Assembly (NCBI GenBank): GCA_965287045.1 | Contig: OZ336870.1 | Span: 71,858,001-71,922,000, forward strand | DNA from: Carcharhinus amblyrhynchos | Taxonomy: Eukaryota | DNA: 64,000 nucleotides | Direction of reading: 5' to 3' | Part shown: positions 10,735 to 23,235 of the stretch, piece by piece | How the letters are laid out: each line of letters starts with the position of its first letter | Position numbering within the stretch: position 1 is the first letter of the stretch | Made by a program: the position numbers and the translations under genes | Notes under the pieces: generated by a model | Told to the model about the DNA's origin: nothing | Databases searched by the model: none | Seen by the model: only the letters and a program-made list of their open reading frames with translations

Positions 10735-12572
10735 TTTCAACAAAGGAAGGAGCTTAAGAAGGAAATTAGGGGAGCTAGAGGGGGTCATGAGAAGGCCTTG
10801 GCAGGCAAGATTAAGGAAAACCCCAAGGCATTCTACAAGTATGTGAAGAGCAAAAGGATGAGATGTGAAGGAATAGAACCTATCAAATGTGACGGTGGGA
10901 AAGTTTGTATAGAACCAGTAGAAATAGCAGAGGTGCTCAAGGAGTACTTTGCTTCAGTATTCACAGTGGAAAAGGATCTTGGTGGTTGTAGTGCAGGCTT
11001 GCAGCGAACTGAAAAGCTTGAGTATGTGGACATTAAGAAAGAGGATGTGTTGGAACTTTTGAAAAGCATCAAATTAGATAAGTTGCCGGAGCCAGATGGG
11101 ATGTATCCCAGATTACTGTGGGAGGCGAGGGAAGAGATTGCAGAGCATCTGGCAATGATCTTTGCATCATCAATGGAGACGGGAGAGGTTCCAGAGGATT
11201 GGAGGATTGCGGATGTGGTTCCTTTATTCAAGAAAGGGTGAAGAGAAACCCCAGGAAATTATCGACCAGTGAGTCTGACCTCAGTGGTTGGTAAGTTGAT
11301 AGAGAAGATCATGAGGGGCAGGATTTATGAACATTTGGGAAGGTATAGTATGATCAAAAATAGTCAGCATGGCTTTGTCAAGGGCAGTTCGTGTCTTACG
11401 AGCCTGGTTGAATTTTTTGAAGATGTGACTAAACACACTGACAAAGGAAGAGCAGTAGATGTAGTTTATATGGACTTCAGCAACGTGTTTGATAAGGCCC
11501 CCCATGCAAGGCTTATTGAGAAAGTGAGGGGGCATGGGATCCAAGGGGACATTGCTTTGTGGATCCAGAACTGGCTTGCCCACAGAAGGCAAAGAGTTGT
11601 TGTAGATGGGTCTTTTTCTGCATGGAGGTCGGTCACCAGTGGAGTGCCCCAGGGATCTGTTCTGGGACCCTTGTGATTTTTATAAATGACCTGGATGAGG
11701 GAGTGGAGGGATGGGTTGGTAAGTTTGCCGATGACACAAAGGTTGGAGGTGTTGTGGATCGTGTGGAGGGATGTTAAAAGTTGCAACGAGACATGGATAG
11801 CATGCAAGACTGGGCGGAGAAGTAGCAGATGGACTTCAACCCAGATAAGTGATTCATTTTGGCAGGTCAAATGGTATATAATATTAAGGGTAAGACTCTT
11901 GGCAGTGTGGAAGATCAGAAGGATCTTGGGGTCCAGAGGAAGTGGTTAAGAAGGAGTATGATGTACTGGACTTCATCAATCGAGGAATTCAGTTTAGGAG
12001 TCGGGAGATAATGCTGCTGCTGAATAAGACCCTGCTCAGACCCCACTTGGAGTACTGTGCTCAGTTCTGGTCGCCTCATTACAGGAAGGATGTGGAAACT
12101 AGAGAAAGAGTGCAGAGGAGATTTACAAGGATGTCACCTGGATTAGGTGGCATGCGTTATGAGGATAGGCTGAAGTAGCTCGGTCTTTTCTCCTTGGAGA
12201 GACGAAGGATGAGAGGTGACCTGATATGGGTGTATAAGATGTTGAGAGGTATTGATCGAGTGGATTCTCAGAGGCTTTTTCCCAGGGCTGAAATGGCTGC
12301 CATAAGAGGACACAGGTTTAGGGTGCTGGGACTAGGTACAGAGATGTCAGGGATATGTTTTTCACTCAGAGGGTGGTGGGTGCGTGGAATCGGTTGCCGG
12401 CGGTGGTGCTGGAGGCGGATTCGATAGGGTTTTTTAAGAGACTTTTGGATAAGTACATGGGACTTAGTAAGATAGAGTGTTATATGTAAGCCTAATTGGT
12501 AGGGACATGTTTGGTGCAACTTGTGGGCTGAAGGGCCTGTTTGTGCTACAGTTTTTCTATGTCCTATGTTCT
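10735..12572 (+). mobile_element. CR1 LINE, 5'-truncated, decayed ORF2
   Basis: IKENPKAFYKYVK, VPEDWRIADVVPLFKKG, SQHGFVKG, GVPQGSVLGP, FADDTK; tail ttctatgtcctatgttcta. Confidence 0.95.
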
Positions 12573-12914
12573 AACATTGAAACATAGGCCGAGTTTCTTG
12601 TGCACAGAATTAAAGAGGTCAAGAGTAACTTTCGCATCTGGTGCAGAGTGCCCAGTGTTATCCACAAACTGTATCTCCTGTCTATCTATGTTGATTCCAT
12701 TCAATTTTGGCATGGAGGCGACTGAAAATAAGGAGTAGATGATATTAGATGCCGACACCAGAAAACAGTTCCTTTTCGATGGGTTGAAAAGATAGCATCA
12801 GTTAGATTGGAAATAATAAAGGGTTACATACAAACTTTCTTGACCAGCCCTGCCCCAGTTAGATATTGAAGGTATCTGTTTCAGATCTCCTATTCAAGAA
12901 ATTATTACGTATTA

Positions 12915-13468
12915 GTATGCAGTTTTGGTCGCCGCACTTACGCAAGGATATTTTAGCCTTGGAGGGAGTGCAGAGGAGGTTTACTAGGCTGATACTGGAG
13001 TTGAGGGGGTTGAGCTATGAGGAGAGGCTGAATAAACTAGGCTTGTACTTGTTAGAGTTTAGAAGAATGAGGGGAGATCTCATTGAGACGTATAAGATGA
13101 TGAATGGGATGGATAGGATAGAGGTGGAGAGACTCTTCCCACTCAGAAAGGACAGTAGGACTAGGGGGCATGGCCTCAAGATAAAGGGGGGGGGGCGGTT
13201 TAGAACGGAGTTGAGGAGGAACTTCTTCACTCAAAGGGTGGTGAATCTCTGGAATTCTCTGCCCGTTGAAGTGGTGGAGGCTACCTCGCTAAATATTTTT
13301 AAGACGCGGGTTGATGGGTTTTTGATAAGAGAGGGGGTTAAGGGTTATGGGGAGAGGGCGGGAATGTGGAACTGAGCCACGACAGATCAGCCATGATCTT
13401 ATTGAATGGCGGGGCAGGCTCGAAGGGCTAGATGGCCTACTCCTGCTCCTATTTCTTATGTTCTTATG
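12915..13468 (+). mobile_element. Young CR1 3' fragment (same family as 4332-5680)
   Basis: QFWSPHLRKDILALEGVQRRFTRL..GYGERAGMWN; same 3'UTR, tail ttcttatgttcttatgttctta. Confidence 0.95.
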
Positions 13469-14711
13469 TTCTTATATCATCATGAAGCAATTGCAGTATT
13501 ATGATTGAGCTTCTTGGACATCCAAATCTCTTGAATGCAATCCACACAGCCTCACCATTTACTGAGTCTAAAAGTTTGGTCAGGCCAATGAATGCAATGA
13601 AGAGTTCCTGGTGTTGTTCTTGACAATTTTCTTGGATTTTTCTGGCAACAAAGACCATGTCAGAGGTTCCACTGGAAGGTCTAAAAACCACACTGTGTCT
13701 AAGGGAGGATTTTCTTAGCCACAAAATATTGGCAATTTGTGAGAACGGGTGTCAGAATTTCCCATGCTATGAACAAGAAGAAAATAACTTGACAGATTCC
13801 ACAGCATGATTTATTTACTTCCTGGAAGATATTTAGACATGTCACATACCTGAAGTTGGACTAAGGGTGGGAAGGGCAGGGGTGGTCAGTGAGGGGCATA
13901 TGGGGAGGGGTTATGGGACATAGGGGGAGGCTTCTTTTTCCCAAATCCATAGGATCAGTGCTTGGAAGCTCGATACATGCTATTATATACACACTAATAA
14001 AGGTACACATACTAATACATAATAATAGCTGTTTTTGCATCAAACTTGTTACTTTTCAGCAGATTCTTGTCCAACATCACTTGAGAATCATGCTTTAAAG
14101 TCAAAGCATCTTTACTGGTGCAATGCTAATGAGCCAAATGGGGGTTTTGGCCAATTTAATTCAGTAGCAATGCAAATGTTCAAGGAAATTCACACATAAT
14201 GAGATTCTTGCAAAAAAAACAGTGAAGGCTATTTATGTCCAAATCTCCTATGCAAAAAGAGGTGTAACATAGCTCCTACTCAGTTGTTGAACTGAAGATT
14301 AAGAGGGAATTCTGGCTTGTATTACCTCAAATGGATGCTGATGAATTAATTTCCATTGTAGAAAATAGCAATGATTCAATATATCTGAGAACTCAACTCA
14401 GGCTATGGACTCTATAGCGGTGAAATTGGTGCGTACAAGTAGCACAGAAATTGTTCACAGTGAATTGGAATTTCTTTACCTGGCACCCAATTTCCTGCTC
14501 GCTTTACTGGAAAAGAGATTGTGTGCAATGTAAAGCGGGCTGCCAACATGCTCTGATCCCTTTTCATGCAACTAATGGTAAAGTTTCTCAATTTGCAGCA
14601 TAGATTGGTGCAATTAGAGAACGTCTATTTATGGTATGTACGCACGTTGGTCAGGAGCTCAGGTTGCAGTAACTGCACTGCCATGTTAATTGATCTGCAG
14701 TCAGCAAAGTG

Positions 14712-15140
14712 AGTGGCATGATGGCACAGTGGCTAACACTTTGGATGACTGTGTGGAGTTTGCGTATTCTACCATGTCTGCATCAGTTTCTTCCAGATGC
14801 TCTGGTTTCATCCCACAGTCCAAAGATGTGCACGTTAGGTGGATTGACCATGATAAATTGTCCAGTAGCATTAGGGGGATTAGCAGGGTAAATATATGGA
14901 GTTACAGGGATAGGGCCTGGTTGGGATTGTTGTTAGTGCAGGCTCAATAGACGAATAGCTTTGTTCTGCACTGTAGGGATTTGATGATTTTAGATTAGAT
15001 GGATTAGCCATGGTAAATATGCGAGGTTACGGGGATAGGACGAGGGAGAGGGCCTGGGTAACATATTTTGTCAGAGAATCAGTGCAGACCCAGTAGGCCG
15101 AATTGCCCCCTTCTGCACTGTAGGGATTCTATGACTCTAT
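14712..15140 (+). mobile_element. HE1-like SINE with internal deletion and doubled 3' portion
   Basis: Head tggcatgatggcacagtggctaacact, core, tail ending ttctgcactgtagggatt twice (~14980 and ~15128). Confidence 0.75.
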
Positions 15141-15724
15141 GCAATGAGGGCCCCACCAGCAACAGAGCCCCATCGAGTTATACTCTATACAAAATAGATG
15201 TCACAGTAATGAGACTAATTTTATCATATTAGACAAGCTTTCTCCTGTTCAAGGCATTTTAGCCAAATTGTTACAGCAAAGACAAAGAACAATTACATAA
15301 TTTGTCCGTCTGCATAATGGCAGCGTTTTTGAATACTTTAGTAGAGGCTACTGAATATTTAATGATGGATTCACAGGCCTAGGGTTGCAGCTGGTGTCTA
15401 AAATCAGCCAATTTAAAAGGTAAGAAACCTTAAGCGCAAGTTGTATTGATCATTGCTCTAGTTTTATGATGCTGGTTTAGAAAGTGGACATTAAGTGAAA
15501 GCTGGACCAGCACTTTGTAACAAGTCACACACCCTGGTCAAAATAAGCAATCTGCTCATTGCACCTGTTTGCCACAGTTTGAGAAAGCTCTTTTAGTGAC
15601 TACGGTGGTCAGCTTGTTGTAAAAGTTTTCAAGTATGTTTAATTTTCCAATAATTTGACTAGCGTACATCGATGAAACTAGCAATTGCTTCTGAAGCAAT
15701 TACTTCAGCCATTTTAATGATTTA

Positions 15725-15972
15725 AAAATCACAGAATACTACAGTGCAGAAAAGGCCTTCAGTGCATTGAGTCTGCATCAACGCAAGGAAGGCCCTGACT
15801 TGCCCACCTAATCCACTTGGCAACATTTGGCCCACAGCCTTGAATGTTATGGTGTGCCAAGTACTCATCCAGGTACTTTTTAAAGGATGTGAGGCATCCC
15901 GCCTCCAACACCCTCCCAGGCAGTGCATTCCAGACTGTCAATACCTTCTGGGTAAAAATGTATTTCCTCAAA
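15725..15972 (-). mobile_element. CR1 3' fragment
   Basis: LRKYIFTQKVLTVWNALPGRVLEAGCLTSFKKYLDEYL. Confidence 0.85.
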
Positions 15973-16204
15973 CCAGGGTACTCACAGGTGGAGAACAACA
16001 CACACTTATTAAAATGCTTATTTTTCAGATAAACCTACTTTCAGCTGCATTAATAAACCAGCAAAAGGCTACAACTGTCAAATATATCAGCTGATTCTTT
16101 TGAATGCACAGAGGAAAGTTACACCATTGTATTACACTGTTGGATTATGTCGGTCCATCGAGGATTTTGGCCCAAATCGTCCTGTCAGCCTGGGAACTCT
16201 TGTA

Positions 16205-16430
16205 ATAAAATCAAAATACTGCGGATGTTGTAATCAGAAACAACAACAGAAAATGCTGAAAACACGCAGCAGGTCTGATGGCATCTGTGGAGAGAGAAAT
16301 TAGATTTGACGTTTTGAGTCCATATGACTCAGAGCTGAAGAAGAGTCATGTGGACTTGAAACGTTAACTCCGTTTCTCTCTTCACAGATGTTGCTAGACC
16401 TGCTGAGTTTTCCAGTAGCTTCTGTTTTTG
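16205..16430. mobile_element. Palindromic Penelope-derived element with hammerhead-ribozyme-like core
   Basis: ~85 bp imperfect inverted arms around 16330; CTGAAGA(16335)..agtc-atgtg-gact..GAAAC(16358). Confidence 0.65.
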
Positions 16431-16649
16431 TGTCTCTGACAGTGATCAGACAGAAAGCTATCCACTTACCTGCCCAAACTTCATATTGAAGATCTTGTTG
16501 AAGTCATTCAGGACAGCGATAGATGGTGACAGCAGAAATGGGAATCTGTGTAAACACCATGGCTTCTTCTCATGGTTCCAGCTACCATGTCTGGAATACA
16601 ATATCTGGAAGTGTGCTGGAGGCAGGTTCAAAACGAAGCATTCAGAAGT

Positions 16650-16962
16650 TTAAGTTTTTAGAGTTTATTTATTAGTGTCACAAGTAGGCTTACATTAACA
16701 GTGCAATGAAATTACTGTGAAAATCCCCTAGTTGCCACATTCCGGCACCTGCTTGTGTACACTGAGGGAGAATCAATTTAGCATGGCCAATGCACCAAAC
16801 CAGCATGTCTTTCAGACTGTGGAATAAAGCTGGGACACTTAGAGGAAACCCACGCAGACACGGGGAGAACGTATAGACTCCGCACAGATAGTGACTCAAG
16901 CTGGGAATCAAACCAAGGTCCCTGGCGCTGTAAGGCAGCAGTTCTGATGACTGTGCCACCAT
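16650..16962 (-). mobile_element. V-SINE-like SINE, type B tail
   Basis: gtttatttattagtgtcacaagtaggcttacatt ... ccctggcgctgtaaggcagcagt. Confidence 0.88.
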
Positions 16963-17224
16963 AGTCATTATGTGATTATTTGAGTAGAAACAATGTGCAG
17001 GGGTACAGAGAAAGGCAGGCAAATGGCACTAATTCATAATGACTAGCTCACTCGTTTGGAGAACCAGTGTAGACACAATGGGCCAAATAGCTTACTTCTG
17101 CACCACAACAATTCTGTGATTCTGTGATATTTTGGTCAGTGTTTAAAGGTCCCCACACTTCTAATTTTATTTGTGAATGAATGCATGAACGAAAGAGTGA
17201 GTGAATGGGTGAGTTGCTGGTTGA

Positions 17225-17640
17225 ATGGGTCTATATCCTCTCGAGTTTCAAAGAATGATAGATGATCTTATTAAAACCTATAAGGTTTTGAAGGGGCCTA
17301 ACAGCATGGACACCAAGAAATTGTTCCCACAGGTTGCAGAATCTAAAGCATGAGAGCACAGTCTCAGAATAAGGGGCCGATCATTTAGGAGAAATTATTT
17401 CATTCAAAGGGATGTGAATCTTGGAAATTCTCTATCCCAGAAATGCTCCATCATTGATTATATGTAAGGCTGGGACAGACAGATTTTTGGTCTTTTGGGG
17501 AATCATGGAATATTAGGAGCAGGTGGGAAAATGGAATTGAGACCCAAGATCAGCCATCATCATACCGAATGGTCGAGCAAGCTCGAGAAGCCATGTGGTC
17601 TATTCCTGCTCTCCTATTCCTACTGTTCTTGTGTTCTTCT
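17225..17640 (+). mobile_element. CR1 3' fragment, decayed
   Basis: gatcttattaaaacctataag..gcacagtctcagaataagg..agatcagccat..ttcctgctc..tgttcttgtgttct. Confidence 0.8.
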
Positions 17641-18035
17641 TATGAGTACGTGGTAGGTAAATGTGTAGATGTATGAGGTAAGTGGGTAGGTTGGCAGCTG
17701 ATTGATGTCAACTCGGTAGTTTGATATTTGGATCAATTGGCAGCTGGGTAGGTCTTCAGTGGGTGAGATGGATAGGAAAGGTAAGTGGGATGGGGGAGTC
17801 AAGGGATGGCAGTGTGAATGATTTGGCAGGGGCAGAGGGGAGTCAGTTATATAATTACCCAGGTGATAGTCTAGGATTTTTATGTATACCATTCCCTGGG
17901 TCACTATTCAGGTAAATAATTCAGAATTGTCCAAAGTCTAACTCATCTAACTCTAATCATTTGGAGATCCCAGGAAGCAAGGAACTTACTCAAACGTTCC
18001 AGGCAATTCCTATAGAATCACTGCATCAGAACTGT

Positions 18036-19598
18036 GGGCAGAATTCTCCAGCCCTGTCAGATGGCCTGTGGAAATCCTAACTCTCTGCTGAATGGAGTAT
18101 CAGCCAAAAATCTGGCAATTGGGATTCATCTGACCCACCCCACTGGCCCTGATCAAGCTCCTGGGAAAATTGTGCAAACCCACTAATTGCAATACAATTA
18201 GTGGACTGTATGGCCCATGTAGCAGTCTCCCACGATGCACATGCTTGCTCCAATGGGAAACATACCAGGTGGGCTTAGACCTGGCATGTTGTATCCCAAA
18301 GGATCAGAATGTGTCTGAAGTACCCCCTTCATTGTTCCTAACCACAATGTTTACGAAGATTCTAAGCCTGATTGGCAGTTATGGTTTCTTCAAAGGGTAT
18401 AAGTGATCTGCAAAAGAGGAAGTAAAACCTTAACCCCTTTGTGGTTGAAACAATGGAGGGGGTGCACAGGGAGGAAGGAATACTTCAGATGCATTTAACC
18501 ATGAAGGAAAAGATGAATAAACACAGCTGACTGGAGGCTGAATAGAAACCCATTAAGCTCAATCAAAGCCTATTTCAAAGCACTGCACTATGAAATTGAT
18601 AGAGATCAAAGATTTTAAATGGAATAAAAACAGTTTCAAAGCTTTTGAGTTTTCTAGGAAGGCACTGAGACTTCAACTAAAAGCTGTGTGAATAAATTGG
18701 GGCTGAGTGAACAGCTGTGGAGAACTGGACCACCTCTCCTGCCAGTGAAATTGATATCTGCTCTCTGTCAGAGGACTTCAAAGGGGTCTGCTCACACCTG
18801 CAGCTTCTGACAGGGAGAAAGAGAAAATTCTGCTGCAAAATGGAGAACCTCTGTGGTATGCAAGGTAACCAGGGGGCATGGAGATTAAAGTGATCTGGCC
18901 ACTTCAAATGATCACAGCTGTCAGGCAGGAATGAAAATGTTGATCACAGAACTGCTTGAACTCACCATGCCGGGAGTGACCTTTGTCTGCCAGGGCTAGA
19001 AGGGGCAGTCCATCTACAGGACCTGTATCCCAGAGGACAGTGCTGGGATTAATCCCTTGCCCCTCAGCCTGAACCTACCCAATCCCAGGAACCGCCCTCT
19101 GCAGTTTGGCCTTGGCAGAGGGGCAAATGGCCACTGGACCAATCTCCTTGACTCCCCCTCCCCCAGGCCCAAAATGCCAGGCTAGGATGCACTATTGGCA
19201 CTGCCAAGGCTTGTGTCCTGAAAGGGGGCCTGAGTGGGGCTCTGTAAAGGGAGGTGGCTGAGTATGAGTCTGGGGAGAGAGGGAGTTGAGAGGGGGGAGG
19301 CTGAGGACGCTGGGGATCGGCTCAACGTACCTCATGCCTGCACAGTGTGGGGAGTGATCCATTATTTGAATGTTGTGGGGGAATGCCCCTCTTTGCTGAA
19401 GAGTTGGTGGTACTTCCCTGCTCAGCGGGAGGGTCAGTATTTTGGTTTCTGTAGGAGTGATAAATGCAACCACTGGTGTGGTTCATGGAATGCATGATTT
19501 TGCATCCAGCAGGTGGGTGAATCCTACCTGACAGCAGGACTCACTCCCATTTTCACACTAGCAGGAGCACTTGAAGTGAAAATGGGAGAATTCCACCC
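18036..19598. mobile_element. Non-autonomous PIF/Harbinger-like DNA transposon
   Basis: TIRs GGGCAGAATTCTCC / GGAGAATTCCACCC (12/14); TGT on both flanks (18033-35, 19599-601). Confidence 0.6.
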
Positions 19599-19647
19599 TG
19601 TGCCTTTAAGTTCAGTGTGATGCAGATGAGTTTGAACAGAAACTTGG

Positions 19648-19825
19648 GGCAAGATTCTCCAGCCTCCCAGCTTCATGTTTTCGCCTGCGGGAGGTGACAG
19701 GTTGCTTGTGAGCAGTGGAATTCTCTGTCAGTGGGAATTCCCATTGATATCACCCAACGCTGGCGGGTTGCGCTAATGACAGGACTGGAGAATTCCACCG
19801 CATGAATGGCCAGAGAATTGTCGTT
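19648..19825. mobile_element. Harbinger-type MITE
   Basis: ggcaagattctcc start, central gtgggaattcccattga, ggagaattcc near end; relatives at 33915, 40506, 53135, 63230. Confidence 0.5.
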
Positions 19826-20809
19826 TTGAAATTTACTTCCGAAAACTAGCACAATTGTGTCCAGATTGCAAACTGTGTCCAAAGCAAAATCCCAAAATTC
19901 TTTAATCAGTTTTAGACTTTTAAATTGTTGAGTGTATGAGTGGTTAACCAACAGAACTCCTTCAGTTACTGGGTGTGTAACTCTATACTTTTGATAAACG
20001 GTGTGTTGACAAAGTTAATTATAATTCCCTGAAAGAATTGTAACTAGCTTTTAAATTGTCACCGTTATTGATATTAACCTTATTATAAGCTAAAGGGGTT
20101 CATTATCTAGAAAACAATCAAGTTGTTGTCTTTGTTGTTTTAAAACTGTAACACTAAGGAACCAGCTTTCAAACGTCTGCGAAGTATTACTAGTATAGTC
20201 AATTGAAGGATCTGAAGGAAAAATTATAAAGTGTGGTAGTTGCAACAAGAGGGATGATTCCAGGATTCTGTGATCCCAGCCTTGCTGCTTTCTCATTCAG
20301 AGGGCTATCCCGAAAATGTAAGCAAGTAGACCCACACAGTGTGAATCACCTTGAATATAGCAGTCTGATGGAAAACAGTAACCTAGTGAGGTTTTGTAAT
20401 GAATTAGAAACCCAGAGGTCATGAACTTCTATTAAATTATAAAGAGCACACAAATAATCTGTTAACAGGCACCAGGAGAATTTACCATGAAACTTGCTGG
20501 TTTGTAAACTTCCTTTTAGAGGAGGGAACCTGGCACTCCCTCCTGCATCTGCGCAACATATGATTACGGTCCATACTGTATGCTTGGTTCTTAATATCCT
20601 TAGGAGAACTAAGGATGGGCAATAAATACTGTCATGCCAGTGTCACCCACATCCCAAAACATGCTCTTTAGTATACCGTGAAGATGGTCTTTTAGTTATT
20701 CTGGCTGGGCATATTAAATTGAATTAAATACAGAGTAAAATGCAGTTCAGTACAGAAGGGAAAATCAAGCAATGGGATTTGACAATCTGAAATACAGCTT
20801 GCCCCTTTT

Positions 20810-21150
20810 ATTTAATCTTTCATGGGCTACAGGCATTGCTGGCAAGGCCAACATTTGTTATCTATCCTTGTTTCCCATGAGTGGCTGGCTAGGCCATTTC
20901 AGAGACCGATTAAAGATCAATCACATTGATGTGGGTCTGGACTCACATATAGGCCAGACCAGGTGAGGTAGCCTCCCTAAAGAACCTAATGGTTTTTTAC
21001 AACAATCCATGATATTACTAAGGCAAGCTTTCAATTCCAGGTTTATTAATTGAATTGAAATTCCACCAACAGTGAGAGTTGATGCCATGTCCCCAGAATG
21101 TTAGCCAGGGTCTCTGGATTACTGGCCTAGTGATAATTCCACTACTCAAA
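20810..21150 (-). mobile_element. SINE/LINE-tail repeat sharing its 3' end with the LINE at 38985
   Basis: tgggctacaggcattgctggcaaggccaacattt..ctatcc; opposite-orientation partial at ~20610-20655 (aaggatgggcaataaat..cccacatccc). Confidence 0.5.
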
Positions 21151-21298
21151 TCTCCCTGACAATTGAGATTTTCATTTAAGTGGACCCAGAGAAAAACCAT
21201 ATAGCTCTTCCAACCAATGTGCTCAGAAGAACGAACCAGACATGAAAAGAGAAAAAATAGCACTCTTAGCAATAATTAAGTTTGATTAAAATACTTAA

Positions 21299-21660
21299 GA
21301 TGTGGAGATGCCGGTGTTGGGCTGGGATAAGCACAGTTAGTATCACAATGCCAGGTTAAAGTCCAACCGGTTTATTTGGTAGCACGAGCTTTTGGAGTGT
21401 TGCCCCTTCATCAGGTGAGTGAAGGAGTTGGGTTCACAAACAGGGCATGTATAGACACAAACTCAATTACAAGATAATGGTTGAAATGCATTGCCTTTAC
21501 AGGTAATCAAGTCTTTACAGGTGCAGACAATGTGAGTAGAGAGGGGACTAAGTACAGGTTAAAGGAGGTATGAATTGCCTCCAGCAAGGACAGTTACTGA
21601 GAAAGTTAGTGCCACCAAATGAACCTGTTGGACTTTAACCTGATGTTGTCAGACTACTTA
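21299..21660. mobile_element. Penelope-like element fragment with inverted termini and degenerate hammerhead
   Basis: caggttaaagtccaaccggtttatttggtagcac (~21352) inverted as gtgccaccaaatgaacctgttggactttaacctg (~21610); minus CTGATGAaggggcaacactccAAAAgc at ~21388-21414. Confidence 0.6.
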
Positions 21661-21897
21661 GTAAAGTAGTTAAAATAGCTGGTCAAAGTAAAGTGTTGAG
21701 AAATTAGGACTGTATTTTGTATCATAAGATAATTTTCACAATATTGCAGCTATTTCTGATTTCTGCATAGCTTGACTATTATAATAACTTTTATTTCAGT
21801 GTCACAATACTTAGTCAGAAAATGTGAATAGTGACTAGTTCAAGTACATGAAGTTCCTTAGACTACTGACACTCACAGGGGCGGCATTTTCTGGACA

Positions 21898-22343
21898 TGC
21901 AAGGATGTTGCCTGGACTGGGAGGCATGCCTTATGAAGTTAGGTTGAGGGGACTGGGTCTCTTTTCCCTGGAGAGACGTAGGTTGAGAGGCGACCTGATA
22001 GAGGTTTATAAAATGTTGAGAGGAATAGATAGGGTGGATTCTCAGAGGCTATTTCCCCGGGTTGAAATGGTCGCTACGAGAGGACACAGGTTTAAGGTGC
22101 GGGGAGGAAAGTACAGAAGTGATGTTAGGGGTAAGTTTTTCACTCAGAGGGTGGTGAGTGAATGGAATCGGCTGCCGTCAGTGGTGGTGGAGGCGAACTC
22201 GCTGGGGTCTTTTAAAAGACTTCTGGATGAGTATATGGGGTTTTATGGGATTGGGGGTTATAGATAGGTGTTGATGTGATCGGCGCAACTCGTGGGCCGA
22301 AGGGCCTGTTTGTGCTGTAGTGTTCTATGTTCTATGTTCTATG
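21898..22343 (+). mobile_element. CR1 3' fragment
   Basis: RMLPGLGGMPYEVRLRGLGLFSLERRRLRGDLIEVYK; tail (tgttcta)3. Confidence 0.93.
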
Positions 22344-22529
22344 CAGCAGTGAACAGAGATTTGGGTGAGCATCAGATTCTTTGTTCTTGATTGCAGCGGC
22401 AGCAGGGTGTTAAAAATCAATAAGATCATATGCATTATGATATACGTGGAATTACAAATGGGCCAAATAACCTTCTTCAGCGCTGTAACAATTCTGTGAT
22501 TCTGGTGAGTGGTGCACCTGTGTTGTCTA

Positions 22530-22917
22530 GTAAATATGTAGCCCAGTCCATCACGCAAACCATTGACTCTGTCTATACTTCCCGCTGCCTCAGCAAAGCA
22601 GCCAACATAATTAAGGACCCCAGACACCCTGGACCTTCTCTCTTCCACCTTCTTCCATTGAGCAAAAGATACAAAAGTCTGAGGTCACGTACCAACCGAC
22701 TCAAGAACAGCTTCTTCCCTACTGCCATCAGACTTTTGAATAGACATATCTTGCATTAAGTTGATATATCTCTACACCCTAGCTATGACTGTAACACTAC
22801 ATTCTGCACCCTCTTCTTTCCTTCTCTATGAATGGTATGTTTTATCTGTGTAGTGTGCAAGAAACAATACTTTTCACTGTATGTTAGTACATGTGATAAT
22901 AATAAATCAAATCAAAT
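22530..22917 (+). mobile_element. Rex1/Babar-like LINE 3' fragment
   Basis: SRCLSKAANIIKDPRHPG..LFHLLP..RYKSLRSRTNRLKNSFFPTAIRLLN; tail aataaatcaaatcaaat. Confidence 0.75.
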
Positions 22918-23039
22918 ATATGTATTCAGGTCTTTTTGATGACTTACTGGAATATTTTGTGTCCATTTCACAGATATAATAATTCCTTTGGATCTAATTT
23001 GCATACTTACTCTACAGCGCAGGTGCACCACTCACCTGA

Positions 23040-23235
23040 ATCGTAGAATTGTTATGGCGCAGAAGAAGGCTATTTGGTCCATTGTGTGTGCACTGGTTTT
23101 CCAAATGATCATTTTGGTTTAATGCCATTCCCCTGCCATTTCCCCATACCCCTGCACATTGTTCCCATTCATGTAATCATTTAATGCCCTCTTGAATGCT
23201 TCGATTGAACCTGCCTCCACCACACTTCCAGACAG
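23040..23235 (-). mobile_element. CR1 3' tail fragment
   Basis: gcagaagaaggctatttggtccatt..cctcttgaatgcttcgattgaacctgcctccaccacacttccagacag. Confidence 0.75.

Larger units (their letters stand above)
10655..13850 (-). mobile_element. RTE-clade LINE RT remnant, interrupted by two CR1 insertions
   Basis: ORF 13464..13724 (FRPSSGTSDMVFVARKIQENCQEQHQELFIAFIGLTK..FGCP..LLHDD) continues in 12564..12758 (QEIQFVDN..KKLGLCFNVR) and probably below 10735 (YQPKP). Confidence 0.7.
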
